A stretch of DNA of 64,000 nucleotides, from the sequence record LC819006.1. The stretch is one strand, 5' to 3'. Under the pieces are notes generated by a model that worked only from the letters and a program-made list of their open reading frames with translations, was not told the DNA's origin and did no database searches. Positions 10,325-20,893 of this stretch are shown one piece after another. Position numbers and translations under genes: made by a program. Each line of letters starts with the position of its first letter. The stretch's first letter is position 1.

Positions 10325-10909
10325 TTAAGAGCCAAAGAACACGCGAAGGGTGAAAAGCATATCGCTCAAACCATCCCGTTGTCCCAGCCATGTACGCAGG
10401 AAGTCCCGGATGAGAACGGGTTCGTTGTTGTAGCGCCCCAAGAGGAACTCGCGTGTTGCGATCCCAATCGTCCAGGCATTGTGCTTACCGATGTCCAGTG
10501 TGTCCACATAGATCATCGGATGATACTTCCGGAACCCCGTGTACACGTAGCAGACCGTCTCGTCAACGAAACGATTTTGCATCGTGTCAAAATATGGGTT
10601 CTGTTTCTGTTTTTCGATCCATTCGTTGATGGTCAAGGTGCCAAACGAGCCGAGGGCAGCTCGATACAGGCGTTCGCGAAAAGCGAAATCCCGCTTGAGC
10701 ATGTCCTCGTGCTTCGTGACCTCTTTCCAGAGTTCCTCGATGTCCGCGTTCGGAGTGAGGTCATTAGCCTCAGACTCCAAAGTGATACGCCGAGTTGCGG
10801 CACCTATAAGATCCACCTGAATGGGTTTGTTCACCTGAGCCTTACGGTACTCGATGGGGGCACCGAGAAAACCGTTCGGATAGAGTTTCAACCCACCGAA
10901 GATCTTCAT
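10325..10909 (-). CDS. virion-block protein (phiKZ gp91/92 position)
   Basis: 194 aa; 1-bp overlap with the upstream gene. Confidence 0.55.
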   Translation of the reverse strand: MKIFGGLKLYPNGFLGAPIEYRKAQVNKPIQVDLIGAATRRITLESEANDLTPNADIEELWKEVTKHEDMLKRDFAFRERLYRAALGSFGTLTINEWIEKQKQNPYFDTMQNRFVDETVCYVYTGFRKYHPMIYVDTLDIGKHNAWTIGIATREFLLGRYNNEPVLIRDFLRTWLGQRDGLSDMLFTLRVFFGS

Positions 10910-11799
10910 TACTGCATCTCCTCTTCGGCCTTGTTGATTTTGTAAATCAAGCCTTCCGACTTATCGCGCAGGAGTTTGATCTCCTTCTCGACTTGCGGGT
11001 TGGACTTGCCGGCTTGCGCTTCTTCCAGCAGCAGGATACGCGACTGGATGCGACGCAGGTCTTCCTGCGCCTCTTTGTAGCGCCATGCCTGGAACTCGAC
11101 GATCCACTTGCCGATATGGAAGAACGGGTTCAGGCTGACCGGGATGAAACCCATCTTGAACGGGTCCATCTTCAGACGACCGAAGAGCGCGTTGTTGTCG
11201 TCGCTGTCCGGATCCACCTTGACGTTCGGGATCTCGTCGAACTTCGACTTGAACTTGTCGTCCGACAGCGCTTCGAGGGTTTCCAGGAAGAACGGGAAAC
11301 GTGCGTCGACCCAGGCAGCTTCGCCCTTGGACATGTTCTCCTTCTGGTAGTCCTCGTACATGCCGATGGCTTCGGTTTCGTAGATCGTGACTGCCTCGAC
11401 GAACTTGCGGAGGAAACGATTCAGGAACGAAGCGTTGTCCACCAGTTGCATCATGACAGCCGAGCGATGATCGATCGTGGCCTGCGACACCGTTTCGGGC
11501 ATCGACTTGCGGATTTCCTGAGCCAGGATATCCAGGTTCTTCTGAACCTTGTGCAGACGATCCTTCAGGTCTTCGATCACGCTCGCGTTGCGTCCCAGAC
11601 GGAATGCTTCGCGATACTTCTCTTCGTAACCGAGGACCATCTCCGACTTGGCCTTGCGGGTTTTGAACGCCGCAGCAGCGGTGTTGTAGATCGGCATGAC
11701 CTTGGTGCTCAGATCTTGCTGAACCACTTCCAGCGAGGCCAGTACTTCATCCTTGCTGGTCACACCTTTGAGCGACTTGACGTATGCGTTGATATTCAT
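10909..11799 (-). CDS. head/inner-body protein (phiKZ gp90 position)
   Basis: 296 aa, helical; gene order. Confidence 0.6.
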   Translation of the reverse strand: MNINAYVKSLKGVTSKDEVLASLEVVQQDLSTKVMPIYNTAAAAFKTRKAKSEMVLGYEEKYREAFRLGRNASVIEDLKDRLHKVQKNLDILAQEIRKSMPETVSQATIDHRSAVMMQLVDNASFLNRFLRKFVEAVTIYETEAIGMYEDYQKENMSKGEAAWVDARFPFFLETLEALSDDKFKSKFDEIPNVKVDPDSDDNNALFGRLKMDPFKMGFIPVSLNPFFHIGKWIVEFQAWRYKEAQEDLRRIQSRILLLEEAQAGKSNPQVEKEIKLLRDKSEGLIYKINKAEEEMQ

Positions 11800-11815
11800 G
11801 TTGGCGGCCTTGCTG

Positions 11816-12916
11816 TTAGAAGCTCGGAGCGTTGCCGAGCTGGTAAGCTTTCAGAATATCGGTGATCGAGGCGCTTTCCTTCTGGTTGGCCGCCTTGCAC
11901 TCGCGGATCGACAGATCCGACACCGACGGGATCCCGGTCGTGTAGAACTGCACACGGTCGTATTCCGTATCCATCACGGCCACGATGAACAGCCCCGTTG
12001 CATCGAACAACTTCTGGCGAGCCTTGAAGTTGCTGAACTTGTCGTTCATCGCCAGTTCGACCTTCTTGATGGTTTCCGTCGTGGTCACCACCAGGTTCGT
12101 CGAGTTTGCCACCGACGGGTTGAGCGAGAGTAGGCCGGAGAGCTTGTTGCCACGACGCTGGTTGGCCAGTGCCGTGTAAACGCCCGACTTGTCTTGCATC
12201 AGGTTCTTCTTGTGTTCCTTCACGAGATCGCGTGCCGTGAGCAGATCGACCAGGTTGATCTGACCGCTGCGGTACTTGATCCAGCGCGAGGACACATCGT
12301 TGTCGACATGACCCGTCGAGAGCAGCTTCGAGAGCAGATCCGGAACCATCGTCGAGGCTTGCAGGCGAATGAGAACCGGGAGCGTGCCCTTGTTGCCGCC
12401 AGCGGAGATCTGGACTTCCAGCAGCTTGCCGACAGACAGGTTGCTCGCTTCCTTGATCACTTCCGTCGAACGCGATGCCAGACCACCCGGTTCCGAGATT
12501 TCATTCTCGCCACCGAGCATCTGCGAAGCTTCGTTCGAAATCGACTTGAACGACGGCAAACGATGCTTGAAGCTTTCGTTGGACATCGTCCAGATCGCGC
12601 CGGCAGTGTCGATGGCGCTGTCTTTCGGATTGCGGTTGGGATTGAGCTTGTCCAGGTGCCGAGCCACTGCGATGTTGTCGATGCTTGCCTGGAGCATGTT
12701 CCAGGACAGCAGATAGTATGCCGAAAAAGCCGAATGCAGTGACTGGGTCACTGTGGGCGTATTTTCGTTGAAGAGCACACTGGAGTCGACGATCATCAGG
12801 GGTTCGACGCGGACATTGCGCGTGTAGTCGACGTACGAATCGGCAGTGCCGGAACGCATTGCGTCGATTACTTTGCCAGCGGTAACGAGGCCGGCTTCTC
12901 CAAGCTTTTCAAGCAT
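11816..12916 (-). CDS. head/inner-body protein (phiKZ gp89 position)
   Basis: Start moved to MLEKL (GAGGA RBS); SNE-S and SNE-A candidate processing sites; gene order. Confidence 0.6.
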   Translation of the reverse strand: MLEKLGEAGLVTAGKVIDAMRSGTADSYVDYTRNVRVEPLMIVDSSVLFNENTPTVTQSLHSAFSAYYLLSWNMLQASIDNIAVARHLDKLNPNRNPKDSAIDTAGAIWTMSNESFKHRLPSFKSISNEASQMLGGENEISEPGGLASRSTEVIKEASNLSVGKLLEVQISAGGNKGTLPVLIRLQASTMVPDLLSKLLSTGHVDNDVSSRWIKYRSGQINLVDLLTARDLVKEHKKNLMQDKSGVYTALANQRRGNKLSGLLSLNPSVANSTNLVVTTTETIKKVELAMNDKFSNFKARQKLFDATGLFIVAVMDTEYDRVQFYTTGIPSVSDLSIRECKAANQKESASITDILKAYQLGNAPSF

Positions 12917-12948
12917 GATTTTATTCCTCGGGATAACAGGACTTTTAA

Positions 12949-14217
12949 ATGGATAACAGATTAGATCTAACGATCGACCAGATCTATTCACTCGGGAAAA
13001 ACGGGTCGGAGACCTTGCAAGCCGGGTTGGATCGAATCTACAATTCGACGCCTCTCGGTCCGTTGCCGAGTAACATGGTCAACACGATTTACGGTATCAA
13101 CCACCGACAGACTCAGTTGGCTTTGCCTTTCAACCGCGACAATTATGGTTTAACATTCTTTACGCGGCCGAGGTTGAACCTGACCACAAACAACATTCGT
13201 TTTGTTCGGCAAATGTATCCGTTGTTGAACACGGAGCCACGGTCTATTCAGCGGATCATCCGTTGCCTGCTGGATCCCTCACTGGCCTATCCAGACACGC
13301 AATACACTCAGATCCAACCTGTCAAGTCGCCCTATGTGGACGACCTGAATATGTTTATTCCACTGCTGTCCAACCTCTGTCTGACTATTTCGGGGTGGCC
13401 TGATTACGTCGTCGATACGCATACGACGCCCGAGGGTCACTACCGGGAATCGCACAGCATGGTCGACAGCAGTATTGAAGTTAAAAACACATACGAATTG
13501 TCGGCTTCCTTTCGGAACATACCGAATAATCCGGTCACATTATTGTTTTATTTCTGGATCTTCTACGCATCGAAGGTCTTTGAAGGTGAAATGATTCCGT
13601 ATGGCTCCTCGCTGTACGAAAATGAGATCGATTACAACACCCGAATCTACCGTCTGGTGCTGGATCCGACCAAGCGTTACGTTCAGCATATCTTGTCGAC
13701 TGGGGCGTCTTTCCCCCTCAATGCGCCGGTTGGTGCACTGGGTAACTTCGACCACGATCAGCCCTTCAATGAATCAGGGGATAACGTCAACATCCGCTTC
13801 CAATGTATCGGAATGGATTACAACGATCCGATCCAGATTCAGGAGTTTAACTCCGCTGTGACAATCATGAATCCTGGCATGGGCGATGGTTACCGTGACC
13901 AGTTCTACATCAAGATTCCTTACCAGATCCTCTCGTTCTTCAATATGCGTGGTTATCCTCGTATCGAGAAGAGCACGATGGAACTGGAATGGTACGTGTC
14001 CTACGCGATGTTCCAGTCGTATGCCGCTCAGTTGAGTGACTTCGCCAATATCCAGGGCATGCGCAACCAGACATTCTTGCAATATATTTCCGCAGGCGAC
14101 ACCTCTAATTATAAGAAAGCCTTGGAAGACCTGGATACCGAGAACCTAAATCAGACGTTTAACGGCGGCATCATTAAAGCTGATGTCAACGCGAACTCTG
14201 GTTCCTCACAGACTTAA
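12949..14217 (+). CDS. virion tail/baseplate protein (phiKZ gp88 position)
   Basis: 422 aa; FFTRPRLNL motif; divergent from the head genes as in phiKZ. Confidence 0.62.
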   Translation: MDNRLDLTIDQIYSLGKNGSETLQAGLDRIYNSTPLGPLPSNMVNTIYGINHRQTQLALPFNRDNYGLTFFTRPRLNLTTNNIRFVRQMYPLLNTEPRSIQRIIRCLLDPSLAYPDTQYTQIQPVKSPYVDDLNMFIPLLSNLCLTISGWPDYVVDTHTTPEGHYRESHSMVDSSIEVKNTYELSASFRNIPNNPVTLLFYFWIFYASKVFEGEMIPYGSSLYENEIDYNTRIYRLVLDPTKRYVQHILSTGASFPLNAPVGALGNFDHDQPFNESGDNVNIRFQCIGMDYNDPIQIQEFNSAVTIMNPGMGDGYRDQFYIKIPYQILSFFNMRGYPRIEKSTMELEWYVSYAMFQSYAAQLSDFANIQGMRNQTFLQYISAGDTSNYKKALEDLDTENLNQTFNGGIIKADVNANSGSSQT

Positions 14218-14231
14218 CTGGAGCCATTTTA

Positions 14232-17150
14232 ATGGGCACTATCCGTGACATCATGAACGACGCGCTGGCGGCGTCCTATGACCCTAGCGGTCAGTTCAGA
14301 GCGTCGATGCGCACGCTCGTAGCAATCATGAATGGGGAGATCGATGACGTCTCTCCAGCCAACCCCGTGGTGATGACCATCGAGAACACGGGTGCGTTGA
14401 TCGCGGCGTTCACTGAGAGCATGCAGACTCAGACTCAGCGGCTCTTGCAGGTGAACGCTCTGACGCCTGAGGACCTCTATCCTCACATGGCGGACGTACA
14501 CTTCACCAACATCTTCAATCTGCCGGCCAAGTCGACATTCACTCTGATTCTGGATAAGAAAGAGATCCTGAACCAGATGAAGCCGATTCCTGGCACGATG
14601 TCGAGCAAGGTGACGATTCCTCGCAACTCGTACTTTACTGTCTCGGATTACGTCTTCGGTATTCACTATCCGATCGACATCATCCAACAGGTGCATGGCG
14701 GCATTCGTGTTCAGTATGACACGAGTATGCCGACTGCTCTGGAAGCGTTGTCGACCAACATCTTGAATACGCGTGAAGTTCAGCGTGACGGGGTGACGTA
14801 TCTGGCAATTGACATCGACGTCTTCCAGTTCGACATTGCGAGTAAGACACCGGTAGTGACCCAAGGCACTACCTTCAGCTTCAACGTGGCGATCACGGAT
14901 CTGTATTACGCGACCCGTGTCTACATGACGAATGCTGACGGCTCGTACTCCGAGATCCCGGTAACGTACAGCGAGAAGATCTATGATCCTCTCAAGCCGT
15001 GTGCTGTGGTGAAACTGAGTGATGGGAACGTCAATGTTTCCATCCCGCAGATCTACATCAACCAGGACATCATCCTGGGCACGCTGCGCATCGATGTCTA
15101 CACCACGAAGGGACCGCTCCAGACCGATTTCTCCAGTTTCGCTATTGGTTCGGTAGGCTACCGCTTCAGAGACCTCGATAAGAACGCTGTAACGACGTAT
15201 ACGGCCCCGATGACGCAGTTGGATACCTGCATCATACTGGCGGAGCAGCCCGTCTCTGGCGGCGCTTTGGCGATGACCTTCGACGAGTTGCGCACAGCCG
15301 TGATTGCCGATGCAATTGGTGATCCGAACCTGCCGATCACGCCTGCCCAGATCCAGAACTTCATCACGCGTCTTGGCTACGACGTCATCAAGAATACCGA
15401 CATCGTGACCGACCGTGTGTTCCTGGGCACGAAGAACATGCCGGACCCGACTGATCCGTCTTTGCTCACTGCTGCGAACGCTTCTATCGAAACGATGAAT
15501 GCGGCGTTCACCGATCTGATCGGTAACTCGGCAGTGATCGACAACACAGCGGATTCGAACTCCATTACCTTGACGCCTAAGGCTATCTACCAGTTGGTCG
15601 ATGGCATGCTCAAGCTGGTGGACGATTCGACTCTTGCTTCGATCAATGCAATGCGCAGCGATCTGAAGGCAACGTACATCACCAATGGTGGTTTCCTCTA
15701 TTCGCCGTATTACTACGTGCTGGATAAGAGCAACAACCAGTTCCGTCTTGCGCCTTACTACCTGGATAATCCTCAGGTCCTGTCGCAGACGTTCGTCGAA
15801 GACAATGAAGGTACGCTCCTGCAAGTCAACACCAACGGGTACACGCTGGTGAAGACGGACTCGGGTTACACGCTTCGTCTGACGGTCAAATCCAATGACG
15901 ACTACAAGGCTTTGCAGGACACGGACGTACAGTGTCTGCTGGGCTTTAAGTCGCCCACGGAAGAAGATCCCTGCTGGCTCACCGGTACGCTCTACGGAAC
16001 GGATCCCACGAGCAAGGAACGGATCTGGGAATTCGATCTCTCGTCCAAGTTCGCTATGGACGTCACCGATCGGATTGACTTCCGTAACTTCAAGATGTAC
16101 GACACGACCGACAAGACGATCTTCGCAAGCCTCACGCAAGACTTCACGGTTATCTACGCGACTCAATCGCAAATGGGCAACCTCTTCGTGCCTGGCCTGA
16201 TCGACGCATTGCTTCCGCGTTATCTGGTCGGCCTGAATAGCAAGGCGATCTGTCAGGAGAAACTGACGCTGCAGTTCGGTCAAGCTTTGTCCAACCTCTG
16301 GGCACGTGCTCGTTCGGTTGCTTCCACGATCGAATACGAAACGTACCCGACCGACGTTATCCTACGCTACACGGACGACGTCTGGAAGGTGGATCCGGCA
16401 ACCAACAGCACGATCTTCATGGTCGACGGCAAGCCGACGCGCATTCTCCTGCATGCGAAGAACGATCCGATTCTGGATGCTAATGGAAACCAACAGGTTC
16501 AGTATCCGGCTGGTTCGATCGTGTATGACTACGCGCAGAATCCGCCCGTGCCGATCGTCAAGAACGTTCGTTATCTGAAACATCGCTTCGAGCTCTTCCT
16601 GATCGAAGGCGTCTATGCGTTCAGTAACGACGACATCGCTGTTGCCTATCGTAACACTGTTGCTCAGACGGTGGCTTCATGGGTGACGACCGACATGGTG
16701 AACGTTCAGAAGGCTTCGATGGATAAGACACGAGTCTACTTCTATCCGAAGACTATCTTCGGCACCATCGAGGTTGTGGTGGCCGATGGTATCATCCAGC
16801 AGATCTCGGCAGGTCAGCGTTTCGACGTTGCTCTGACTGTGACCAAGGAAGTCTATCAGGACGACGTTAAACGTCAGCTGCTGACCAATCAGACCACGAC
16901 GGTGATTGCCGCCTATCTGAAAGGCCAAACGCTTTCCAACAGCGACATCGTGGAACAACTTCGTGCAAGTTATGGCGAAGACGTTCTGGATGCTCAGGTA
17001 TCGCTCTTCGGCGACGCTGCGAACATTCCGGTGATGCAGTTGGTCAATGAAGTTCACTGTTGCGGTATTCGTAAACGACTGGTGTCGCGTGACGACAACA
17101 AGCTGGTCGTGCAGGAAGACATCAACGTGACCTTCACGATGATTCAGTAA
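14232..17150 (+). CDS. large baseplate (wedge-like) virion protein (phiKZ gp87 position)
   Basis: 972 aa; size and position match the conserved phiKZ-like virion gene. Confidence 0.65.
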   Translation: MGTIRDIMNDALAASYDPSGQFRASMRTLVAIMNGEIDDVSPANPVVMTIENTGALIAAFTESMQTQTQRLLQVNALTPEDLYPHMADVHFTNIFNLPAKSTFTLILDKKEILNQMKPIPGTMSSKVTIPRNSYFTVSDYVFGIHYPIDIIQQVHGGIRVQYDTSMPTALEALSTNILNTREVQRDGVTYLAIDIDVFQFDIASKTPVVTQGTTFSFNVAITDLYYATRVYMTNADGSYSEIPVTYSEKIYDPLKPCAVVKLSDGNVNVSIPQIYINQDIILGTLRIDVYTTKGPLQTDFSSFAIGSVGYRFRDLDKNAVTTYTAPMTQLDTCIILAEQPVSGGALAMTFDELRTAVIADAIGDPNLPITPAQIQNFITRLGYDVIKNTDIVTDRVFLGTKNMPDPTDPSLLTAANASIETMNAAFTDLIGNSAVIDNTADSNSITLTPKAIYQLVDGMLKLVDDSTLASINAMRSDLKATYITNGGFLYSPYYYVLDKSNNQFRLAPYYLDNPQVLSQTFVEDNEGTLLQVNTNGYTLVKTDSGYTLRLTVKSNDDYKALQDTDVQCLLGFKSPTEEDPCWLTGTLYGTDPTSKERIWEFDLSSKFAMDVTDRIDFRNFKMYDTTDKTIFASLTQDFTVIYATQSQMGNLFVPGLIDALLPRYLVGLNSKAICQEKLTLQFGQALSNLWARARSVASTIEYETYPTDVILRYTDDVWKVDPATNSTIFMVDGKPTRILLHAKNDPILDANGNQQVQYPAGSIVYDYAQNPPVPIVKNVRYLKHRFELFLIEGVYAFSNDDIAVAYRNTVAQTVASWVTTDMVNVQKASMDKTRVYFYPKTIFGTIEVVVADGIIQQISAGQRFDVALTVTKEVYQDDVKRQLLTNQTTTVIAAYLKGQTLSNSDIVEQLRASYGEDVLDAQVSLFGDAANIPVMQLVNEVHCCGIRKRLVSRDDNKLVVQEDINVTFTMIQ

Positions 17151-17161
17151 CATAGATGAAC

Positions 17162-17195
17162 CATACACACCTGGGCTTACGCCCAGGTGTGTATG
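17162..17195. terminator. perfect 15-bp hairpin at a convergent junction
   Basis: CATACACACCTGGGC-TTAC-GCCCAGGTGTGTATG; loop reads GUAA on the minus strand. Confidence 0.7.
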
Positions 17196-17206
17196 TGCTC
17201 TTTCGT

Positions 17207-18982
17207 TTATTCGTCTTTTTTCTCTTGACCCGTCACGATACGGAGAGCATTTTCAGCTTCCGACGTAGACATGGTAATCGAAGGACGATCGTCGTCTTCA
17301 TCATCCGCGCCGCCGAAGGAAACCTTCAGATGCTTGACGGAGACGAACGGCAGCATGTGTTGGTTGACCGTCGATTCCTGGGCTTCCTTGCTCAGATCCG
17401 ACAGATCATCCACGAGCTCTTCCAACGAAGGCGGAACCATCTCACCCACCTTGTTGTAAAGCGCTACGAGTCCAGCTGCGTTCTTCTTCAGCGTGCTCAC
17501 GACGTCTGCTGCGTTCTTGGTGACTTCCGTGTAAACACGGGAGATCTCCGCATACACCCGCATCAAGCCGGCGTAGTTCTCCGTCAGGATACGCTGCAAA
17601 CGAATGATCGCTTCTGCCTCTGCTTTACGCTGGGGACGGGAAGGATCACGTGCTGCCGTTTTCTGAAGACCACGAGCAGCTTCTTCGAGGTGTTGCAGGA
17701 CGGGCTGCGACTTCTTCAGCAGTTCGATGAAGACGATCATGCCGCGCCAGTTGACTTCCTTCAAGCGTCGCACACCGATCTGGTAACCAGACAACAGTTC
17801 TTCCAGATCGTTGAAGTTCGGTTCTTTCGAACCAGCATCGTGAATGCTGTTGCGAAGCGTACCTGCCCATTCACCAGCCGACATGAATGTATGGGAACCG
17901 ATCTTGAAAGCAGCCAGACGTTCATCCGAAATGGCTGCCAGCGAGAGAAGACCCGTGCGTTCCTTATTCCAGCCGGAACCGCCTTCTTCGGAAAAAGCAG
18001 ATGCAGCTTCCTTGCCAGCAGCAAATGCCGCTTCAAGCGCATCAAGTTCCGACGCCATGATCTTGCTGTAGTCGTTGAAGCCTTCGAACGACGCGGTGAT
18101 GAGAGCCATCGCATCGCTGCGTTCTTGAGCGAAAACAACACGAGCGTAACGACTCGGCTTTCTCATGTACTCCAGAACTTCCTTGCCGCCTTCAACGCCC
18201 ATCAGCGCTTCGCCCAGATCGATCTTCAGGAAGTGCTCGCGCTTTGCCTTCGGATCGATCTTGGTGTTGTCCAGCAGGTCGGGGATTTCAGCGATGATCT
18301 GGTCTTGAACAGACACAGGCAGCGAGGACTTGCGGATTTCCTCGTGACTGATCGCATTGGGCATGCGAATGCTCAGTTCCTTACCACGCGTAGCACGGAC
18401 CTTGCTGACGGTGCGATCGAGGACCTTCTCCTGCTTGTCCACTTTCTTCTCGGATTCACGGACACCCTGCTCCGCTTTATCCAAAGTACCGCCACCACTG
18501 CCGCCGCTCGATCCGTTTCCACCGCCAAACAGCCAGTTGATGAACTTGTAGATGATAGCGACGAGGAAAGCAGCTGCTGCTGCGATCACTACCCACATCT
18601 GGGTCGAGAGGGCTTCGAGACTCGGCTCGTAGCCAACGCCCGAAACATCTTCGGTGAAGTAGTTGGGCTTGACGTGGGATTCGAGCGACGGAACGAGTTC
18701 CAGAAGCTCGTAAGCCATCCCACGACTCATGCCCTTGTTCTTCTTCATGCGGCGTTCCAGGTCAATCAGGCGATTGACGTAGGATTCGGTCGAGATGATC
18801 AGATCGATGTCATCCTTCATCTCCGGGAACTGGTTGGCCAATTCCGGTTGTTTGAAGAAGTCCGTATCCGGCATCTCGAAGCCGCTGTTGGGACCACCCT
18901 CAGCTGCGGACTGCATAGCCTGAGCGCGGATCTCCTCGTTGTCGTTGAACTTGTCCCACGTGAAAAGCGAATCACCACGCAT
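17207..18982 (-). CDS. head protein with propeptide (phiKZ gp86 position)
   Basis: Acidic N-terminus, PSLE-A site, hydrophobic helix MWVVIAAAAAFLVAIIYKFINWLFG, then a Gly linker. Confidence 0.62.
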   Translation of the reverse strand: MRGDSLFTWDKFNDNEEIRAQAMQSAAEGGPNSGFEMPDTDFFKQPELANQFPEMKDDIDLIISTESYVNRLIDLERRMKKNKGMSRGMAYELLELVPSLESHVKPNYFTEDVSGVGYEPSLEALSTQMWVVIAAAAAFLVAIIYKFINWLFGGGNGSSGGSGGGTLDKAEQGVRESEKKVDKQEKVLDRTVSKVRATRGKELSIRMPNAISHEEIRKSSLPVSVQDQIIAEIPDLLDNTKIDPKAKREHFLKIDLGEALMGVEGGKEVLEYMRKPSRYARVVFAQERSDAMALITASFEGFNDYSKIMASELDALEAAFAAGKEAASAFSEEGGSGWNKERTGLLSLAAISDERLAAFKIGSHTFMSAGEWAGTLRNSIHDAGSKEPNFNDLEELLSGYQIGVRRLKEVNWRGMIVFIELLKKSQPVLQHLEEAARGLQKTAARDPSRPQRKAEAEAIIRLQRILTENYAGLMRVYAEISRVYTEVTKNAADVVSTLKKNAAGLVALYNKVGEMVPPSLEELVDDLSDLSKEAQESTVNQHMLPFVSVKHLKVSFGGADDEDDDRPSITMSTSEAENALRIVTGQEKKDE

Positions 18983-18993
18983 GGCGCGTCACC

Positions 18994-19470
18994 TCACGAG
19001 AGCGAGATCTTGTTGCACTCGCGCAACTTGCAGATGAGCAGGTTGGCCAGTTGGAGAACCGACGATGCCTGCATGCCGACTTCCTTGATGGCGTTCCACA
19101 CTTCGACCGGCATGATCGGAGCGATACCCAACGCGGTAGCCAGGAATTCGAATTCCGGGTTCACGTTGTAGTCGCATGCCTCGCCGTTCAGGATACGGCT
19201 GCGCAGCAGGAACATCATCTTCGCGGCTTCGCAAGCTGCTTGCACGTCGATGAGCATTTCTTCGTTCAGGAACGAGACCGTGCGCGCGACGTTTGCCGTG
19301 TGTGCATCTGCGAACACCGTCATCGGGTTCAGTTCGTTGCCGATCTTCGGAACGAGGTGGTTGCCGATTGCCATGCCGATAATGACCGGCAGGATCAGGC
19401 GACGCTTGGCGGAATCGGGCAGCATGAGGCTGACCTTGCCAGCGAATTCTTGGACTTCGAAATTCTGCAT
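18994..19470 (-). CDS. virion-block protein (phiKZ gp85 position)
   Basis: 158 aa; tight spacing with neighbours. Confidence 0.55.
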   Translation of the reverse strand: MQNFEVQEFAGKVSLMLPDSAKRRLILPVIIGMAIGNHLVPKIGNELNPMTVFADAHTANVARTVSFLNEEMLIDVQAACEAAKMMFLLRSRILNGEACDYNVNPEFEFLATALGIAPIMPVEVWNAIKEVGMQASSVLQLANLLICKLRECNKISLS

Positions 19471-19485
19471 GATGGTGACCTGTGG

Positions 19486-20796
19486 TTAAGCGTTACGGAA
19501 CTTGTTTGCGTAATAGAACAGCTTGTTGGACGCCATGTCTTCGAGCTGTTGCTGGAATTCGATCTGTTTGCGTTTGTTGACGCCCGACGGAATCAGGTAG
19601 TCATAAACCAGGCCCACGAGCTGGGTATGGTCCTTGAAGTGATCGTTGGTCTTGTCGATGATCTCGATGTCTTCGCGAATGCGAGCCGAGTCTTCCTTCG
19701 TCAGGCCAGGTTCCTTCAGTTCGTTGATCAGGTCGTTGCGGATACGGATGAAACGACGACCTGCCTTGTCGTACCAGTCGTGATGGGCATCTGCCAGCAG
19801 GAGACCTGCGAGCAGCACGAACGTCGTGTATGCGCCGTACACTTGGCCGATTGCGATTTCGAAGATACCGAGCGCAAGCACACAGACCTTCACGAATTCC
19901 ATGAAGAAGTAGCCGACCCAGCCGCGACGATAGATCGTGCCTTTGTACATCTTGTCGAGCGCCGTCACGAGATCACGGCCAGCGCCATGACGCGTTGCGA
20001 ACTGATCCGACAGAGCTTCGAAGCTGTTGATGTCGTAGCCTTCCACACCCGACTGGCTGCGGTTCTTGCGTGCCAGGTTCGAGATGATGACCGTGTAGAT
20101 CGTCGTGTTGTTCTTGTTGCCGAGATCCTGAGCATCCAGATTCGTGATCGCCAGCATATCGCCAGCTTCCTTGATGATCAGCTCACGTCGGCCGTGATCA
20201 GTCGTACCGTCCAGCTCGCGCACCATCGTGATGAGGATCTGGTTGGTCGTACGGAAACGGATCAAGTGTTCGAAGAACGACCACACATGACCGACTTCAT
20301 GCAAGATGATCGCCGAGAGTTCCGGGCTGGAATATTCGCGACCGTCGAAGAGTTTGTAGAGCAGGCCCTTGTTGCCGTAGATCATCGCAGCATTCAGGTA
20401 CATCTTGATCGGCGGCAGTTCTGCCAGGTAGCCGTCCACCCAGCCTGCGTTCGTATCGATGAACGCACGCACTTCCTTGTTCTGGCTCTTGCGGATGTCG
20501 GCGAGCGAGCGCTTGGAGAGCGTCGTGTCCTTCCAGCCGTAGCCTTCGAGCAGCGGGCTGTTCTTGTCCAGATGCGGGGGTTCCGTCATCATGGGCATGT
20601 CGCTCACGCTGATTTCGAAGTTGATGTTCGTGTTGTCCTTGATGCACTTGGCAACTGCGATCTCGAACTCGGTGCGAGTGTTACCGTCGCTCTTGGTACG
20701 GTACTTATCGATGATCGCCGTCATCTCGCGGTGGAAGCGATCGTTCTGGAACGAAATGCTCTCCGGCGAGTAGATGGGATTGATGGTGGTAAACAT
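19486..20796 (-). CDS. virion-block membrane protein with an M48-like zincin motif (phiKZ gp84 position)
   Basis: ILHEVGH (HExxH); downstream FEALSDQFATRHGAGRDLVTALDK; two hydrophobic helices. Confidence 0.65.
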   Translation of the reverse strand: MFTTINPIYSPESISFQNDRFHREMTAIIDKYRTKSDGNTRTEFEIAVAKCIKDNTNINFEISVSDMPMMTEPPHLDKNSPLLEGYGWKDTTLSKRSLADIRKSQNKEVRAFIDTNAGWVDGYLAELPPIKMYLNAAMIYGNKGLLYKLFDGREYSSPELSAIILHEVGHVWSFFEHLIRFRTTNQILITMVRELDGTTDHGRRELIIKEAGDMLAITNLDAQDLGNKNNTTIYTVIISNLARKNRSQSGVEGYDINSFEALSDQFATRHGAGRDLVTALDKMYKGTIYRRGWVGYFFMEFVKVCVLALGIFEIAIGQVYGAYTTFVLLAGLLLADAHHDWYDKAGRRFIRIRNDLINELKEPGLTKEDSARIREDIEIIDKTNDHFKDHTQLVGLVYDYLIPSGVNKRKQIEFQQQLEDMASNKLFYYANKFRNA

Positions 20797-20893
20797 GTTT
20801 TGGCCGACCTTTTGTCAACGGTAATTAAAAATCAGACGACACAATGTTGTGCCTGAAATTGTCCTACGCCTCATAAAAAAGGTGCGAAATAGA

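Noticed and set aside
14229-16283. Long antisense ORFs, e.g. 14229-16283(-), 17156-19171(+), 19051-20856(+), 27450-29615(+), 59568-61907(+), 7463-8764(+), 8948-10225(+)
   Set aside because: They mirror real genes on the opposite strand, have no recognisable motifs or RBS, and are expected from the strong codon bias, which removes antisense stops.
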